Part shown: positions 51,363 through 64,000 of the stretch, piece after piece
Layout: every line of letters begins with the position of its first letter
How positions within the stretch are numbered: position 1 is the first letter of the stretch
Assembly: GCF_963921235.1 (NCBI RefSeq)
Contig: NC_086097.1
Coordinates: 215,080,001-215,144,000 of the forward strand
DNA: 64,000 nt
Source of the DNA: Mobula hypostoma
Lineage: Eukaryota
Reading direction: 5' to 3'
Made by a program: the position numbers and the translations under genes
The notes under the pieces: generated by a model
Seen by the model: the letters and a program-made list of their open reading frames with translations, nothing else
What the model was told of the DNA's origin: nothing
The model's database searches: none

Positions 51363-54266
51363 GTAAGTACCTTAATTATCAAAGTGTTTTCACTGAGTAT
51401 TGAAGAACATTGTATACACTGCTGTTTCATAAGCAGATTTACACAGTGGAAGGATATTGCTTTCAATTTTCTTTGTCATGTTTTATATTGCTAATCACTG
51501 ATACAATTACTGTAGTAAGTTATAGAGCAGTAAAAGTTGATTGAACTTGGTAAAATATTCCTGTCTTTAGGTCAAAAATAGGCAAATAAATTAGTGAAGC
51601 AAAATAAGTTGTATGGATGGTGCAACATTGATGTTTGATGAGGGAGGAAAACACCTTATGGCAAACATCATGGATATGTTTAAGTTAGGTCAATAGGTCT
51701 TAAACCCAAAGGGATCAGTTCCCAATCCTAACCATTGTTAGTATCAGCATTATGATGTTGCCGCATAAGCTCTGTTGCCTGCATGATATCTTGAACAACT
51801 CTGTATTGCCTTACTTAAGATTTCTCTGCAGTCTTTGAATTCAGGGCTGTTGATGGCAGCAGTGCTGTCAGATAAACGCAACAGCATTATAGGCACTTAA
51901 TACGGTTGGCAATGAAATTGGTCTAATGCTGAAAGATTTGGCTGTTTTGATCCACACTAATCAATAATTCCCAAAGCATAGATGATTTTTTTCCCATTGT
52001 ATGCTTATCATTGATGCTTTAATGAGAGAAATTCTTGGACGAGATGGTGGTCTGCAGGCCAGGCATGGTCTGGAAAATGCTGGTCTAAAGAAAGAGGATT
52101 TACAGGAAAACTCTTAAGATAGGTTTGTGCAATTTAGTTTTTCAACTTTATTAATTATTCTTTAAAATTCATTGATTTATTCCTTAAATCCTGTGGTTTT
52201 CCTCAATCAAATTGGATGCTGTGATTTGCTGCATGTCTAATTAGTTGGAATATAAAATATTGCCCCAATTATATGAATAAACGAGCAGGATACTTGAAGA
52301 ATTCTTCCAACCCACTTTGTATTTTCTTACTGTGGACCAACCCTAGAGTTCAAAATACTACCACTTCTAAGAAAGCAGAATTTTCAAAGTCCTGTTCAAT
52401 AATATCAAAAAATTGTTCTTTATTCTTGAACAATTTTTGAGAGGAAATTAATTATCAGTATAGCATGATTTTGAAGGATTTTGTTCACTCTACATGTGTA
52501 GTGAAGTAGAATTTTGAAAATAAAAGCTTTGATCTGTTTAGTCATTTTACCAATCACTGAATTGTTCCTTTAATTTTAGCTAGCATAGGTGTGTACTTGC
52601 CCACAGTGCCCATTGTTAATTGCTGTCCAATGATTCTTGCTGGATGTCCATACATGTGTGTCCTGCATTAGGGCAGATTGGTTATGCTGTAATAGAAGTA
52701 GCATTTCCATCCCTGCTGTATTGGCAGGAGTCTTCAAGAGTTGAAAATTACCTACAGGAATCTGCTGCGAGTAACTTGTGAGAAAAATCTTAGGGAAGTA
52801 GAGTTTGCACTTTGGGATTTGGACTTTCTTTTCCAGATTGCTTTGTCCCTGCTTGTGGTGCCTCTACAAATTCCATGAGGTCCTTCTCTGTCCTTTATTT
52901 GAAATGAAGGAGCGAGTCACCGTCGGCCTTTTCAAAGTGAAGGTGCCTGGCTCGTGTTTATGGAATCGCGTGTGTTTGCATTGCCCAGTCCGTTGCTCAG
53001 CCAAAGGGAATTCTCGACTCTGTGAATGACCAAGGCGGCAGGTGGGTACTCGAGCTTTGCAGTTCATTTCTGCTCCTGGTCTGTCTGACAGACCGGGAGA
53101 AAGAACAGGTAGGGGAAATTGCATATGCTGATCCACACTGAACGGAGTAAAATGATATGTGAGAATATTACATTGCAAGATCCAGTCGACAGAGGTGGTC
53201 CAACGGAAATACTCAAATAATCAAATAACTTTAAATTGCATCACCACAAGCAACATGCATTTCTAGTGCGGTCTTAGATGGTTTCGGGTCACAGCTTAAT
53301 GCATCAAAGATTACAAAGTTGTAACAGTGCTTTCATTAAAATGAGAAATATTTCTAAAATGTCATTGTAGAAATATTTGACAGTCCCTGTACACAGCTAT
53401 ACCTTCTGTGATATAGCATTTGCTCTTCAGTATAAATCAACGTTAAGCTTACAAGCATTATTTGAGGGGGCGAAGTCAGAGTTCAGGCATCTTAAAAGGG
53501 CTAAAGAAATATAATCTTAAAAAATAAATTAAGAATTTCGTTATCTTCGCATCTCAGAAGCAAGAATTCTATTCTTGACCTGAGGGCATAAGCTGCGATT
53601 TTTTTTTTTCCCCCAATTCCATCTCTTAACCCCTTCCACTACTGAAGACACTAAAATGTAGTGAACATGGTTTGTGGATGAAAAAGAACACAACTGCAGA
53701 TGATCACATCACTACTCTTGTGTGATGGGTCATTAATAATTGAACCTCTCGTATTGAATCAAAGGCATGCGATCTCAATCGGGGCATCATTTGACTTTGA
53801 TATTGAGGAGTCTGAGTAAAATTAAAGTTAGAGACAGTTGGGTGCAGGGATGATGGAATAGTGATACTTTGTGTGAGCTCAAGTACATATTGTAGAGTTT
53901 TGGGTGAGCCTATATTTGCATGTGGTGCAAGATAGGAGCCTGGGATAGTATTAGAGTAATTTATCTGGTATTAACCTGGTACAAAAGAAAGTGATTATGA
54001 TAGTTTTAAACAAATTATCTTGCATGGGGCCCTAGGGAAGTTGCCTATTTCCAACTATCTTCAGCTGCTTCATCGATGACCTTCCCTTCATAACGTGTTT
54101 ATCTATGGCATTGCACTTTATTTAGTATTCTTTGCAACTTACTAGGAAAGCATGTCGAAGACCTGGAAAATTTTCAGCTTGGGAAAATGTAAAATAGTGA
54201 CACATCAGCCGCATTCTTCAGTAAGGAGAAGTCTAACTACCTAATGCTGTAATTTATGTGTAATAC

Positions 54267-55300
54267 CGTTGAATAGTGGGGTACCGCAAGGCTCAGTGCT
54301 GGGACCCCAGTTGTTTACAATATATATTAATGACTTGGATGAGGGAATTAAATGCAGCATCTCCAAGTTTGCGGATGACACGAAGCTGGGTGGCAGTGTT
54401 AGCAGTGAGGAGGATGCTAAGAGGATGCAGGGTGACTTGGATAGGTTGGGTGAGTGGGCAAACTCATGGCAGATGCAATTTAATGTGGATAAATGTGAAG
54501 TTATCCACTTTGGTGGCAAAAATAGGAAAACAGATTATTATCTGAATGGTGGCCGATTAGGAAAAGGGGAGGTGCAACGAGACCTGGGTGTCATTATACA
54601 CCAGTCATTGAAAGTGGGCATGCAGGTACAGCAGGCGGTGAAAAAGGCGAACGGTATGCTGGCATTTATAACGAGAGGATTCGAGTACAGGAGCAGGGAG
54701 GTACTACTGCAGTTGTACAAGGCCTTGGTGAGACCACACCTGGAGTATTGTGTGCAGTTTTGGTCCCCTAATCTGAGGAAAGAGATCTTTGCCATAGAGG
54801 GAGTACAAAGAAGGTTCACCAGATTGATTCCTGGGATGGCAGGTCTTTCATATGAAGAAAGACTGGATGAACTGGGCTTGTACTCGTTGGAATTTAGAAG
54901 ATTGAGGGGGGATCTGATTGAAACGTATAAGATCCTAAAGGGATTGGACAGGCTAGATGCGGGAAGATTGTTCCCGATGTTGGGGAGGTCCAGAACGAGG
55001 GGTCACAGTTTGAGGATAGAGGGGAAGCCTTTTAGGACCGAGATTAGGAAAAACTTCTTCACACAGAGAATGGTGAATCTGTGGAATTCTCTGCCACAGC
55101 AAACTGTTGAGGCCAGTTCATTAGCTATGTTTAAAAGGAAGTTAGATATGGCCCTTGTGGCTACAGGGGTCAGGGGGTATGGAGGGAAGGCTGGGTTCTG
55201 AGTTGGATGATCAGCCATGATCATAATAAATGGCGGTGCAGGCTCGAAGGGCCGAATGGCCTACTCCTGCACCTATTTTCTATGTTTCTATGTTTCTATG
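54267..55300 (+). mobile_element. Young 5'-truncated CR1 in YTHDF3 intron 3
   Basis: Uninterrupted 310-aa RT ORF 54269-55201; (TTTCTATG)n tail; candidate TSD AATAC at 54262-54266 and 55301-55305. Confidence 0.95.
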
Positions 55301-58300
55301 AATACTCCCACCATCAGTAGTCTGAGTATCACTACGCTATGGGCCAAAAGCTTGCCTAGATCAGTCATATAATTCAGCTATAGAAGTTGTTCAGATGCTG
55401 GATATACTGCAATGATTGTTTTATATCCTGACATAAGCTTTCACACCATCTACAATGAATGTTTTTGAATAATCTCCATATGCACATGAAGTGATGTATC
55501 AAAAGCACTACAGTTCCTGAAAACTTGGAATTTCCTACTTGCCTAATGGGACTTTCACTATTTTTGTCACACAACTGTGGTAATCCAAAAGGACAACACT
55601 TCATTGCCACCTTCCAGAAGGAGAATGGGAGATGTGCAATAAATGCTGGCCTTGCTGGTGAATCAGACATTCTTTCTGTTGATATCTTTGTTTTGCTTCA
55701 ACTCTGATCTTCTGCATGACTTGATTCTTTTCAAGCCATCTTTGGCGGTGCCTTTTGTCAACCAGACCAAGACAAGAATTTATTTCCTGAGTCTTTCTGG
55801 CTTTTCTTTTAAGACCTCTCCTAAAAGTGAACTATTGGAATAACTCAATACTTGGCTGCAGGGTTTTACAAACAGTCATAACTGTTGGGAGAGTTTCAAA
55901 TAGAGCTTTTACATGTCATTTGCCACTAAGTTACCATTCATGGCTTCAGGACAGTAATGTATGGGCCCTTGCCATCTGTGTTTTGTGAGCACCTGTAGAT
56001 AATTATCTGGGTCATCCAACTGAAATCGGGACTGCTTTTTTTCTCTAATTCTCCTTAATTTACCCATAATTAAAATCATAGATTACCATGGGCAGAGGAA
56101 GGATGCTGCTATGGGAGATTGATCCATGGTGCATAAGCTGTGATCTATATTTTGACTTTTTTGTCACTGTGTATTTGCATGCCAAAATTCCTTCTGTTTA
56201 GTAAAACAACCTTGACAATGCTTTATAAATTATCTACTAGCATTAGACCTCAAATATTAAGTTGCTCTCGAAGATTAGTTGTTTAACTTTCATAACTAAT
56301 TTCCTTGCTCATTGAATGACATTCTTGTGTTAGAGATTTTCACTTCATTCTACCTCCCAAGGTAGTAGAAGTGTTGAAGGACCATCTGATTTTTCTTCTG
56401 TTGAGCTAATTAAACTTTGCTGTTGCTATTAAAAGTAAAGGATCAGTTGCATGTGACAATATGCCTGATATTTAAAAATATACTGAGTATGCTCATGAAT
56501 TTCTAAATTTTACTGTAGAATACTTTGACAGTTGTTGTAAATGCCTTTTTTTCGTGGCCACACTAGAATTTCAATAATTTCACTTGTTAGGCTTCTCCTT
56601 CATAATTTCAAATCCTGACCTCTCAATGGGTCTGTGATTTTTGGTACTATTCTTATGTAATTGAATCTGGATAGAGAACCTTGAACAACAATGATATGTT
56701 AGTGTTTTGCTTACTCTGAAGCTGCATATCTTTTAATTAATGATATTTACAAATAATATGATTAAACAATGAAATGGCAGTAAAATTAGAATGATATAGC
56801 TAGAAAATCCTCAGCTTAGCTAAATGACCTATAAACACTGAAATTTACACCAAGTACCAATTTACACCAAAACTTAATGAAACTTAATTAAACTTATTAC
56901 AAGTCTTTGTTGTCCTTTTTAGGGATGCTTTACACTTACCGCAAAATTATTAATCTGTCAAAGTGGTTAGACATTTAGATCTTTGAGTAAAATTTGGGAA
57001 AAAATATGATCATTGGGTCATCTAAACAGTATAAAACTTTGAAGTTTTTCTCATTGACACTGGTAATACCTTGATCAATTTGGATTGATATATGGCTCAA
57101 CCCTTCCTTATTGCTTTTCTCCTGATCCCATTTATCTGCAATCACACGAAAATTATGGTTTAGTTTATAATTCTATTCAAATGGAATTTTTTCAAATTAT
57201 GAAGAAATGGCACTTTTTAGAAAATTACATACTATGCCGTTCATTTACAGCACTTCAATTAACAGTGAAGGCTGACAAAATCAAATGACAGATTTTAATC
57301 TCTCCAATTCAAGTGAAGCTTAGTGGGTCCGTGTACAGTATTGTCTCTTGTTCACACTCATTCTAAGCTTGCTTATGTTTAAATATTGTGGATTAGCTAT
57401 AATAAGGAAGTTTAGCAAAAGCCTTGAATGGATGGAATGTACACTAAGTGCGTATGGATTAGTGTGTTTCTGGGATAACTTGTGTTTAAGTAAGTGAAAT
57501 ATAAATACAATGGTAGAACAAGTAAAAAAATCTTCTCATTTTATTAGCTGATGCACCAATTGCCTTAAAGTAGAAGTATGTTTCACCATCATGGTAAGTC
57601 TGCTGTGTTTACCTGCAGTATTCTTGTTTGAAATAAAGTGAATGAATTCAAGCTCTTTTCCACCTGTAATAGCCATTCAGTGTACAGCATCCCTCATTTG
57701 GGATTGGTAACAATATTGTAAGGATTGCAGGATACTACTGGAGGAAAATATGGAAGATGAACTAGTGATAGATGGTCTTAAATTTGAAATATGATTTAAA
57801 GATTGAAGAATTTGTTCACATAAAATATTGACCACTTTAGAAGTGAAATATTTAGTATAGACCTAAAATAGAAAAGCTTATATCTATGAATATTAATATT
57901 TCAATGTACCTTAATCACAAAAGTAAATTACATTGTTTGATATCCTCATTCACCATTGAAATATTGAACAGATGTAACTTGTTGATATAATGTTTTGCTG
58001 CCTACGAACATCCTCTTCATACCCAGTTACATTTATTTTGAAGTTAGCGTTGTCATGGAGGAAATATGGTGACTAGTAGTGAAGCAATAGATTCGCTGCT
58101 CAGTCAACATAAGTTAAAAGGGAAGACAGGTGCTGCCAGGCATGGAAGTAATTGCCCTGCTATACTTTTGAAGTTCAGTAACTCTATGCACTTCTGAAGG
58201 AAAAGATGGAATTTTGGTTAGCATCTCTTTTTAAAAAAAACACAAAACCTTACATGTAACGTGCTCTTGGTTAAGTTCTAGAGTGTTAGTCTAGACAAAC

Positions 58301-58584
58301 TGAAGGGGCTTTCATTCAGCCTGAGCCACGTGTTGTAATTCATGTTCAATGCGCAATGCACCCGTACGTTAAGTAGAACTAAGAAATGTGCTTTTGGTAT
58401 AGATTGAACAAGTGACAGACTGTGGTTGTTGGGGAAGTGCCACCACATGCTGTTATGCTAAGTTCCAAGCCAATTTAAAGTTGTAAGACTTTGCAGTCAG
58501 TAGTCATCTTCCCAGTGATTCAGTACCTGTTCAGAAAGAGGTCGTCTGCCTAAAATGTACCATTAATTGGGTAGCAGGATGATA

Positions 58585-58870
58585 TGGCAGGTAGTGCTGT
58601 TACCTCACAACTTTAGGGACTGATGTTCAATTCTGATTTCAGGTGCTATCTACAGATTTTTTTGCTGTGTTTCTTCTGGGTGCCACTTAAGCAGCTCAAT
58701 TTGCTACAGTAAATTAACTTGGTCGATTAATATTTTTGTAAAAATCTTGTGTAAGCCAGAGAATAAAGTGAAATGGAAGTGAACTAATAGAGGGGAAATG
58801 AGACTGAATGGTTGCTCCAGTGGGAGTTGTTTAGATCCGATGGGCTGAATGGTCTCCTGTGATACAATAT
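58585..58870 (+). mobile_element. Degenerate tRNA-derived SINE with CR1-like tail
   Basis: A/B-box-like head (GGTAGTGCTGTTACCTCAC...GTTCAATTC) and tail ATGGGCTGAATGGTCTCCTG. Confidence 0.45.
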
Positions 58871-59082
58871 TAAGAAAGCATGCTCAGGGCATTGAGCCTT
58901 TATTAAATGTCCCGAGTATTATGTGACCTGAGATGGGGGTAAGAACCTGAAAGCCTAAGTGGTGGCGTTTACATCTGAGTAAGATTTGTGGTTTAAAGCA
59001 TGTTGAGTACATTTCAAGCAGATGATCTTGGGGGTTTTGAACTTTTGGAAGTGCATTTTTTTTTTACCTTTTAAGCACTAAA

Positions 59083-59460
59083 ACTAGAGGGCATGGATTT
59101 AAAGTGAAGAATGACCTGAGGGACAAGTTTTTCTATGCAGGCTGGTTGGTATGTAGAACAAGCTGCCAGAGGAGGTGAGAGGCAAGAACGTAACATTTTA
59201 AAAAAAAACATTTGCATGGGTTTCAGGATAGGCCAAATACAGGTAAGTAGGACTAGATCAAGAAAGCACCTTTGTTAGCATGATGTGCCAAATAACCTGT
59301 TTCTGAACTATATAATAAAGTTTGGAATTCCTCACTTGAAGAAAAATCATGGGATTGAGATTCAGGGGGTTGAGAGGGATAATAAATTAACAATAATGAG
59401 ATGATGGCGCTGACTTGATGGGCCAAGTGCCCTAACTCTCCTGTGTCTCATGGTCTAATT
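59083..59460 (+). mobile_element. Old CR1 3' fragments
   Basis: TRGHGFKV-like start followed by CR1 3' UTR remnants. Confidence 0.55.
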
Positions 59461-61505
59461 CCTTTAGTGTTGCTTGAATACTTGCAACTTGAAGTTAGTT
59501 TGAATTAAATTCATATACAAGAGGAATTTTATTTTCAATATATATATATAGCATTTATGGAAAGGAGAAGGAAGATGAGAGTTAAATTAGGGCACTGTTT
59601 TAAAGTGTTGTTTGTAGCACTACTTATTTGAACTGTACGTTGATTTATTACCACATTGGCGCTTATGGTGATGACAGTACGGATTCTATGTCTGTCATTG
59701 AATTCAACTGCAGTTATTTACCTGGAAAGGTTTATTTTGGTCAGTGGATATAAGGAAATGATTTTGAATTGAGGCCTGAGAAACAGCTCTGTAAATCAAT
59801 GTTTGGAACCAAATAAATGGGGTGGGGGGAGGAGGTGGAGATGAGAGGTTGAGCCAGAAACTTGTTATATTTTCTGGGTCCTCTAGCTACTTTTAAATAC
59901 AGGATAATTTCACATTACATGGGCTTTTTGTATCAAACGGAGAATGCAGTCAAGAATATTAGGATAGCTATTTTAATTTTGTAAATTAGATTTTGCGGGA
60001 GTGCTTGCCTGTGAAGAAGAAATACTTTGGTTTGGTGTCTTATCCATATTGAGTTAGCTGATTATGATTGAATGGTGTACAGTTATGTCAGTCAAAAATC
60101 AAGCCTTGCATACTACCCACTTGCCCACCAGAATCATTGAGTTTGATAAAATTATTTTTGGCTGTGTTCCTTTGCTTGATGCACAAAATCAAGCTGCTAC
60201 TTGGGAGGTCTTGTTGGGCAGAACTAGCGAGGTTACTTATAATTAGGCAAATAGCAGAAAAGGAAGAAAGTTTTGTTATTCCAACCAACAATATTTGCTG
60301 AGGCATTTGATTATTCCTCACCTTTATTGTTGTAGAAACCAGTTTGATTTAATGGGGGCTCAGTTCACTAGGGTATTCAAATAAGCTTGCATGTACAAGG
60401 TCTTGTAGAGAAATTTTTATACAAGATATGTTTTATATGGAAAAAACTGCAAAGTTTTGAAAGTGCAAGTTCACATTTAATAGAAGCTATCGGCCAAATT
60501 GTCTTGACTGGCCTGTACTTCATATCTGCCTCCAACCTGATCCTAGTAGTAGCATGGCTCTAAACAACTGTAAAGCCTTGCCACCATGCTTTATACTACC
60601 AGAAAGAATTTTCTATTGTCACTAAATATTTTTGTTTGCAGGTGTTTGGAAGCAATGGAAATTTATTGAGAAATATTTTCTACTACACAAAAGGTGCAAA
60701 TCATTTGAACAAAATTGCTTTTGATGATCTCATTGGGCCATGTTAGATGCATAAGGTTGAGGGTCTCTTCACAGTGTTTCTGGGTCCTTGGGTGGGTAAG
60801 ATTAAAAACAATGCCCAGGCTAAGTGGCAGCTTCAGGGACTCGACAGAACATTGTTTGTGCTGACATCTGACCCCCATTGAATTTTACACTATAGTGTGC
60901 AGGTGCAGAAGTTTTGAATGTGCTAGTTCAATTTTTAAGGGACCTGCTGTTAATTCATCTGTACTTTCTGGATCATTGGGTTGACGAAAATTTTTAGTTA
61001 GATTTGTAGTGACATCCTTGGTAGAATTAAATTACTCGAATTGCTATGTATCTTTGAAGTCTGAGTTTTCTATGTGTAAAAAGTTATTTGAAGTTCTGTT
61101 TATTTTTCTGTAGATAATTCTCATAGAGCATTTGGAACAATTTGCCAGCTGTGATTAAAATGTCCAACTAAACATGTTGAATAATATTTTTGGGATATGA
61201 TTAATATTGAGGAAGTGTGTTGTGATTGAAAGTTATAAATTGTAAAATTAGTTTAAAGTATAACTTTTACATTTGCTGGGGGAGGGGTGGGGTTCATAAT
61301 GAAACTTGGGCCTCAATCAATCAAGAATTTACACCTTCTGGTTTTAAAGGGGCACTAATTTAAATACAGTTGCTTTTATTGCAGATATGTGTAACAATGT
61401 ATGCTGGTTTGGAGTGAGTGGCACTGTAGATTTAAAAGAATGTGTGACAAAAATGTAGTACTTCACCAGTGTTGGTAGAATAAATTTTGTTTGTTTTTCT
61501 TGCAG

Positions 61506-63065
61506 AGCAACAGCTACCCACCAATGTCAGACCCATACATGCCCAGTTACTATGCTCCTTCCATTGGATTTCCATATTCACTTGGTGAAGCTCCCTGGTC
61601 AACAGGAGGAGATCCTCCAATGCCATATTTAACAACATATGGACAAATGAGCAATGGTGAACATCACTTTATACCAGATGGTGTATTTAATCAACCAGGG
61701 GCCTTGGGGAGCACCCCACCATTTTTGAATCAACATGGATTTAACTTTTTTCCTGGGAATGCAGACTTTTCTACATGGGGAGCAAGTGGATCTCAAGGGC
61801 AGTCAACACAAAGTTCTGCATATAACAACAGTTATGGATATCCGCCAAGTTCTCTCGGAAGAGCCATAGCTGATGGACAAGCTGGATTTGGAAGTGATTC
61901 TTTGAGCAAAGTGCCTGGCATAAATAGCATTGAGCAAGGCATGACTGGACTGAAGATTGGAGGAGATATGACAACAGCTGTCACTAAAACTGTAGGTTCT
62001 GCTCTGAGTAGTACTGGTATGTGCAGTAGCATTGTTGCTAATAGCATTCCAGCAACAACCACTTCAGCGCCTAAACCAACGTCATGGGCTGCTATCGCTA
62101 GGAAACCTGCAAAACCTCAGCCTAAGCTAAAGCCTAAGACTAACGTAGGAATAGGTGGGTCTGCAGTGCCACCACCACCTATAAAACATAACATGAATAT
62201 TGGAACTTGGGAAGACAAAGGTAATGTGCCCAAAGCCCCACCTACACAGCAAGTTCTGCCTCCTCAAGTTGTTATCCAGCAACATCAGCTTCCACAGCAG
62301 CCAATTGCTATTCAGACCCAACCAGCACATCACCCACCACAGCATGTAGGGCCTCAGCAACCTCAGGTTCAGCAGCAGTTGCAAAGCCGCTGGGTTGCTC
62401 CTCGCAATCGGGGAGCTGGCTTCAATCAGAACAGTGGTACTAATAGTGAGAGTTTTGTGTTGGGTATTGCCTCTTTAAGCACTTCACCGCCAAGTGGAGA
62501 AGTACATCCTGTATTGGAAAAACTGAAAGGCATACACAACTACAACCCCAAAGATTTTGACTGGAGTCTGAAGACGGGTCGAGTATTTATAATTAAAAGC
62601 TACTCTGAGGATGATATACACCGTTCCATCAAATATTCTATTTGGTGCAGTACTGAACATGGTAATAAACGTTTGGATGCTGCTTTTCGTTCCTTGAACA
62701 GTAAAGGGCCACTCTATTTACTATTTAGTGTAAATGGAAGTGGACATTTTTGTGGAGTGGCTGAGATGAAGTCGGCCGTGGACTATAATGCTTACGCTGG
62801 AGTATGGTCGCAGGATAAATGGAAAGGCAAGTTTGAAGTGAAGTGGATCTTTGTAAAAGATGTACCCAATAACCAGCTACGGCATATTCGTTTGGAAAAT
62901 AATGATAACAAACCGGTTACCAACTCAAGGGACACACAGGAGGTGCCCCTAGAAAAAGCCAAGCAAGTGCTTAAAATAATTGCTACTTACAAGCATACCA
63001 CTTCAATCTTTGATGATTTTGCACATTATGAAAAGCGTCAAGAAGAGGAGGAAGCCATACGTAGG
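61506..63065 (+). CDS. YTHDF3: YTHDF3 coding exon 4 (520 aa: P/Q-rich low-complexity region and YTH domain)
   Basis: [28 protein letters not shown]... through [33 protein letters not shown]...[10 protein letters not shown]...EEEEAIRR. Cage tryptophans intact. Acceptor TTGCAG|, donor AGG|GTAAGT. N-terminal segments match YTHDF3 rather than YTHDF1/2. Confidence 0.97.
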
Positions 63066-63132
63066 GTAAGTATGGAAGAAATTGTACCTGTGGTTTCCAC
63101 TTGTGCCATGTGGTTCTGCTTATTTTTTTCAG

Positions 63133-63162
63133 GTTACTGTTGAGAAGACAACCATAAATCAG
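63133..63162 (+). CDS. YTHDF3: Candidate in-frame 30-nt YTHDF3 microexon ([10 protein letters not shown])
   Basis: Acceptor TATTTTTTTCAG|, donor CAG|GTAACC; phase 0 at both ends, no stop; preceding intron would be only 67 nt. Confidence 0.4.
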
Positions 63163-63374
63163 GTAACCGCTTAATATTTGTATGAAGTATGTCTGTATTG
63201 ATGAGCTATTGAGTGTCGGTCTTAGATTCTTGAAATATTTAAGACTTTGATTAATGATGCACAGTTCATGAATTAAATGAGTTTTTAGACAATTTGATGT
63301 ATACGATTTGTATTGGCATGGTGCAAGATACTGCAGTAAAGGAATCAGATTGCCTTTTCTTTCATTATAACAAT

Positions 63375-64000
63375 TGGAATTGCTTTGTTATTGTCACATA
63401 TACCAAGGCACAGCTTGTCATGCTTACTGTTCGTACAGATAATTCATTGCGCAGTGCATTGTGGTAGTACAAGGGAAAACAATAGCAGAATATGCTGTAA
63501 CAGCTAGAGAAAAAGTGTAGTGCAGGCACACAATAAAGTGCAAGGTTATAAAGAGGTATATTGTGAGCTCAAGAGAGTCTTATCGTACCATTTACCGTTA
63601 AGTAGTCTTATGACAATGGGGTAGAAATTGTCCTGTCCTTGAGCGTGGTGGTACGTGCTTCCAAGCTTTTGTATCTTTAGCCCAGTGGGGGAGAGGGGAG
63701 AAGAATGTTTGGGATTAGTGGGGTCTTTGTCCATATTTCTTTGCTGCCCTTGATTACGCTGACTGCTCTACTAAGTTTTTGGAGGGCAGCTGTGATATGC
63801 TGAGCTGTGTCCATAACACTGCATATTCTTGTAGTCATAAGCAGAGCAGTTGCCAAACCTAGCCATGATACATCCAGGCAGGATGCATTCTTTGGTGCAT
63901 AGATAAAAGTTGGTAGAGCTTGATGGGGATATGCCAAATTTCTTTAGCCTCTTGAGGAAGTAGAAGAATTGATGAGCTTTCATAGCTATGGTGTCTGTGG
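63375..64000 (-). mobile_element. Rex1/Babar LINE 3' fragment
   Basis: ORF 63771-63983: FLKRLKKFG.S...TNFYLCTKE.IL.GCI...GN. Confidence 0.8.

Noticed and set aside
60642..60795. AG...GT-bounded segment with a premature stop in YTHDF3 intron 3
   Set aside because: Such pseudo-exons occur by chance in 10-kb introns; no other supporting signal.
61491..63143. 550-aa ORF as a single-exon gene
   Set aside because: Its ends run into intronic sequence; true limits are the splice sites at 61506 and 63065.

Overview
Vertebrate genomic DNA, most likely from a cartilaginous fish (ray/shark). The taxon is inferred from the repeat content and the YTHDF3 sequence. Two host genes are arranged divergently, as at the human TTPA-YTHDF3 locus: coding exon 1 of TTPA (alpha-tocopherol transfer protein, minus strand, 3880-4080) and YTHDF3 (m6A reader, plus strand, coding exons at 45431-45454, 45720-45744, 51283-51362 and 61506-63065; last exon not seen). 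The ~41 kb between them, and the YTHDF3 introns, hold nested mobile elements: CR1 and Rex1/Babar LINEs, L1 pieces, LTR-like elements, and hAT and Tc1 remnants. Notable items not evident from the ORF track are: (1) a decayed endogenous retrovirus with RNase H, integrase, env SU and env TM motifs (~10730-14700); (2) a Penelope-like element with ~500-bp inverted arms and a minimal hammerhead ribozyme just upstream of the YTHDF3 promoter, carrying a young L1 with a 17-bp TSD; (3) hairpin derivatives centred on that hammerhead; (4) a processed DNAJA2 pseudogene split by a young CR1; (5) YTHDF3 details: an overlapping uORF, a shifted exon-3 acceptor relative to the human protein, and a candidate 30-nt microexon. 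All identifications come from motif recognition by eye, with no database search. Repeat boundaries are approximate unless a TSD or TIR is cited. I cannot claim a clearly new biological system; the best candidates are listed as findings.
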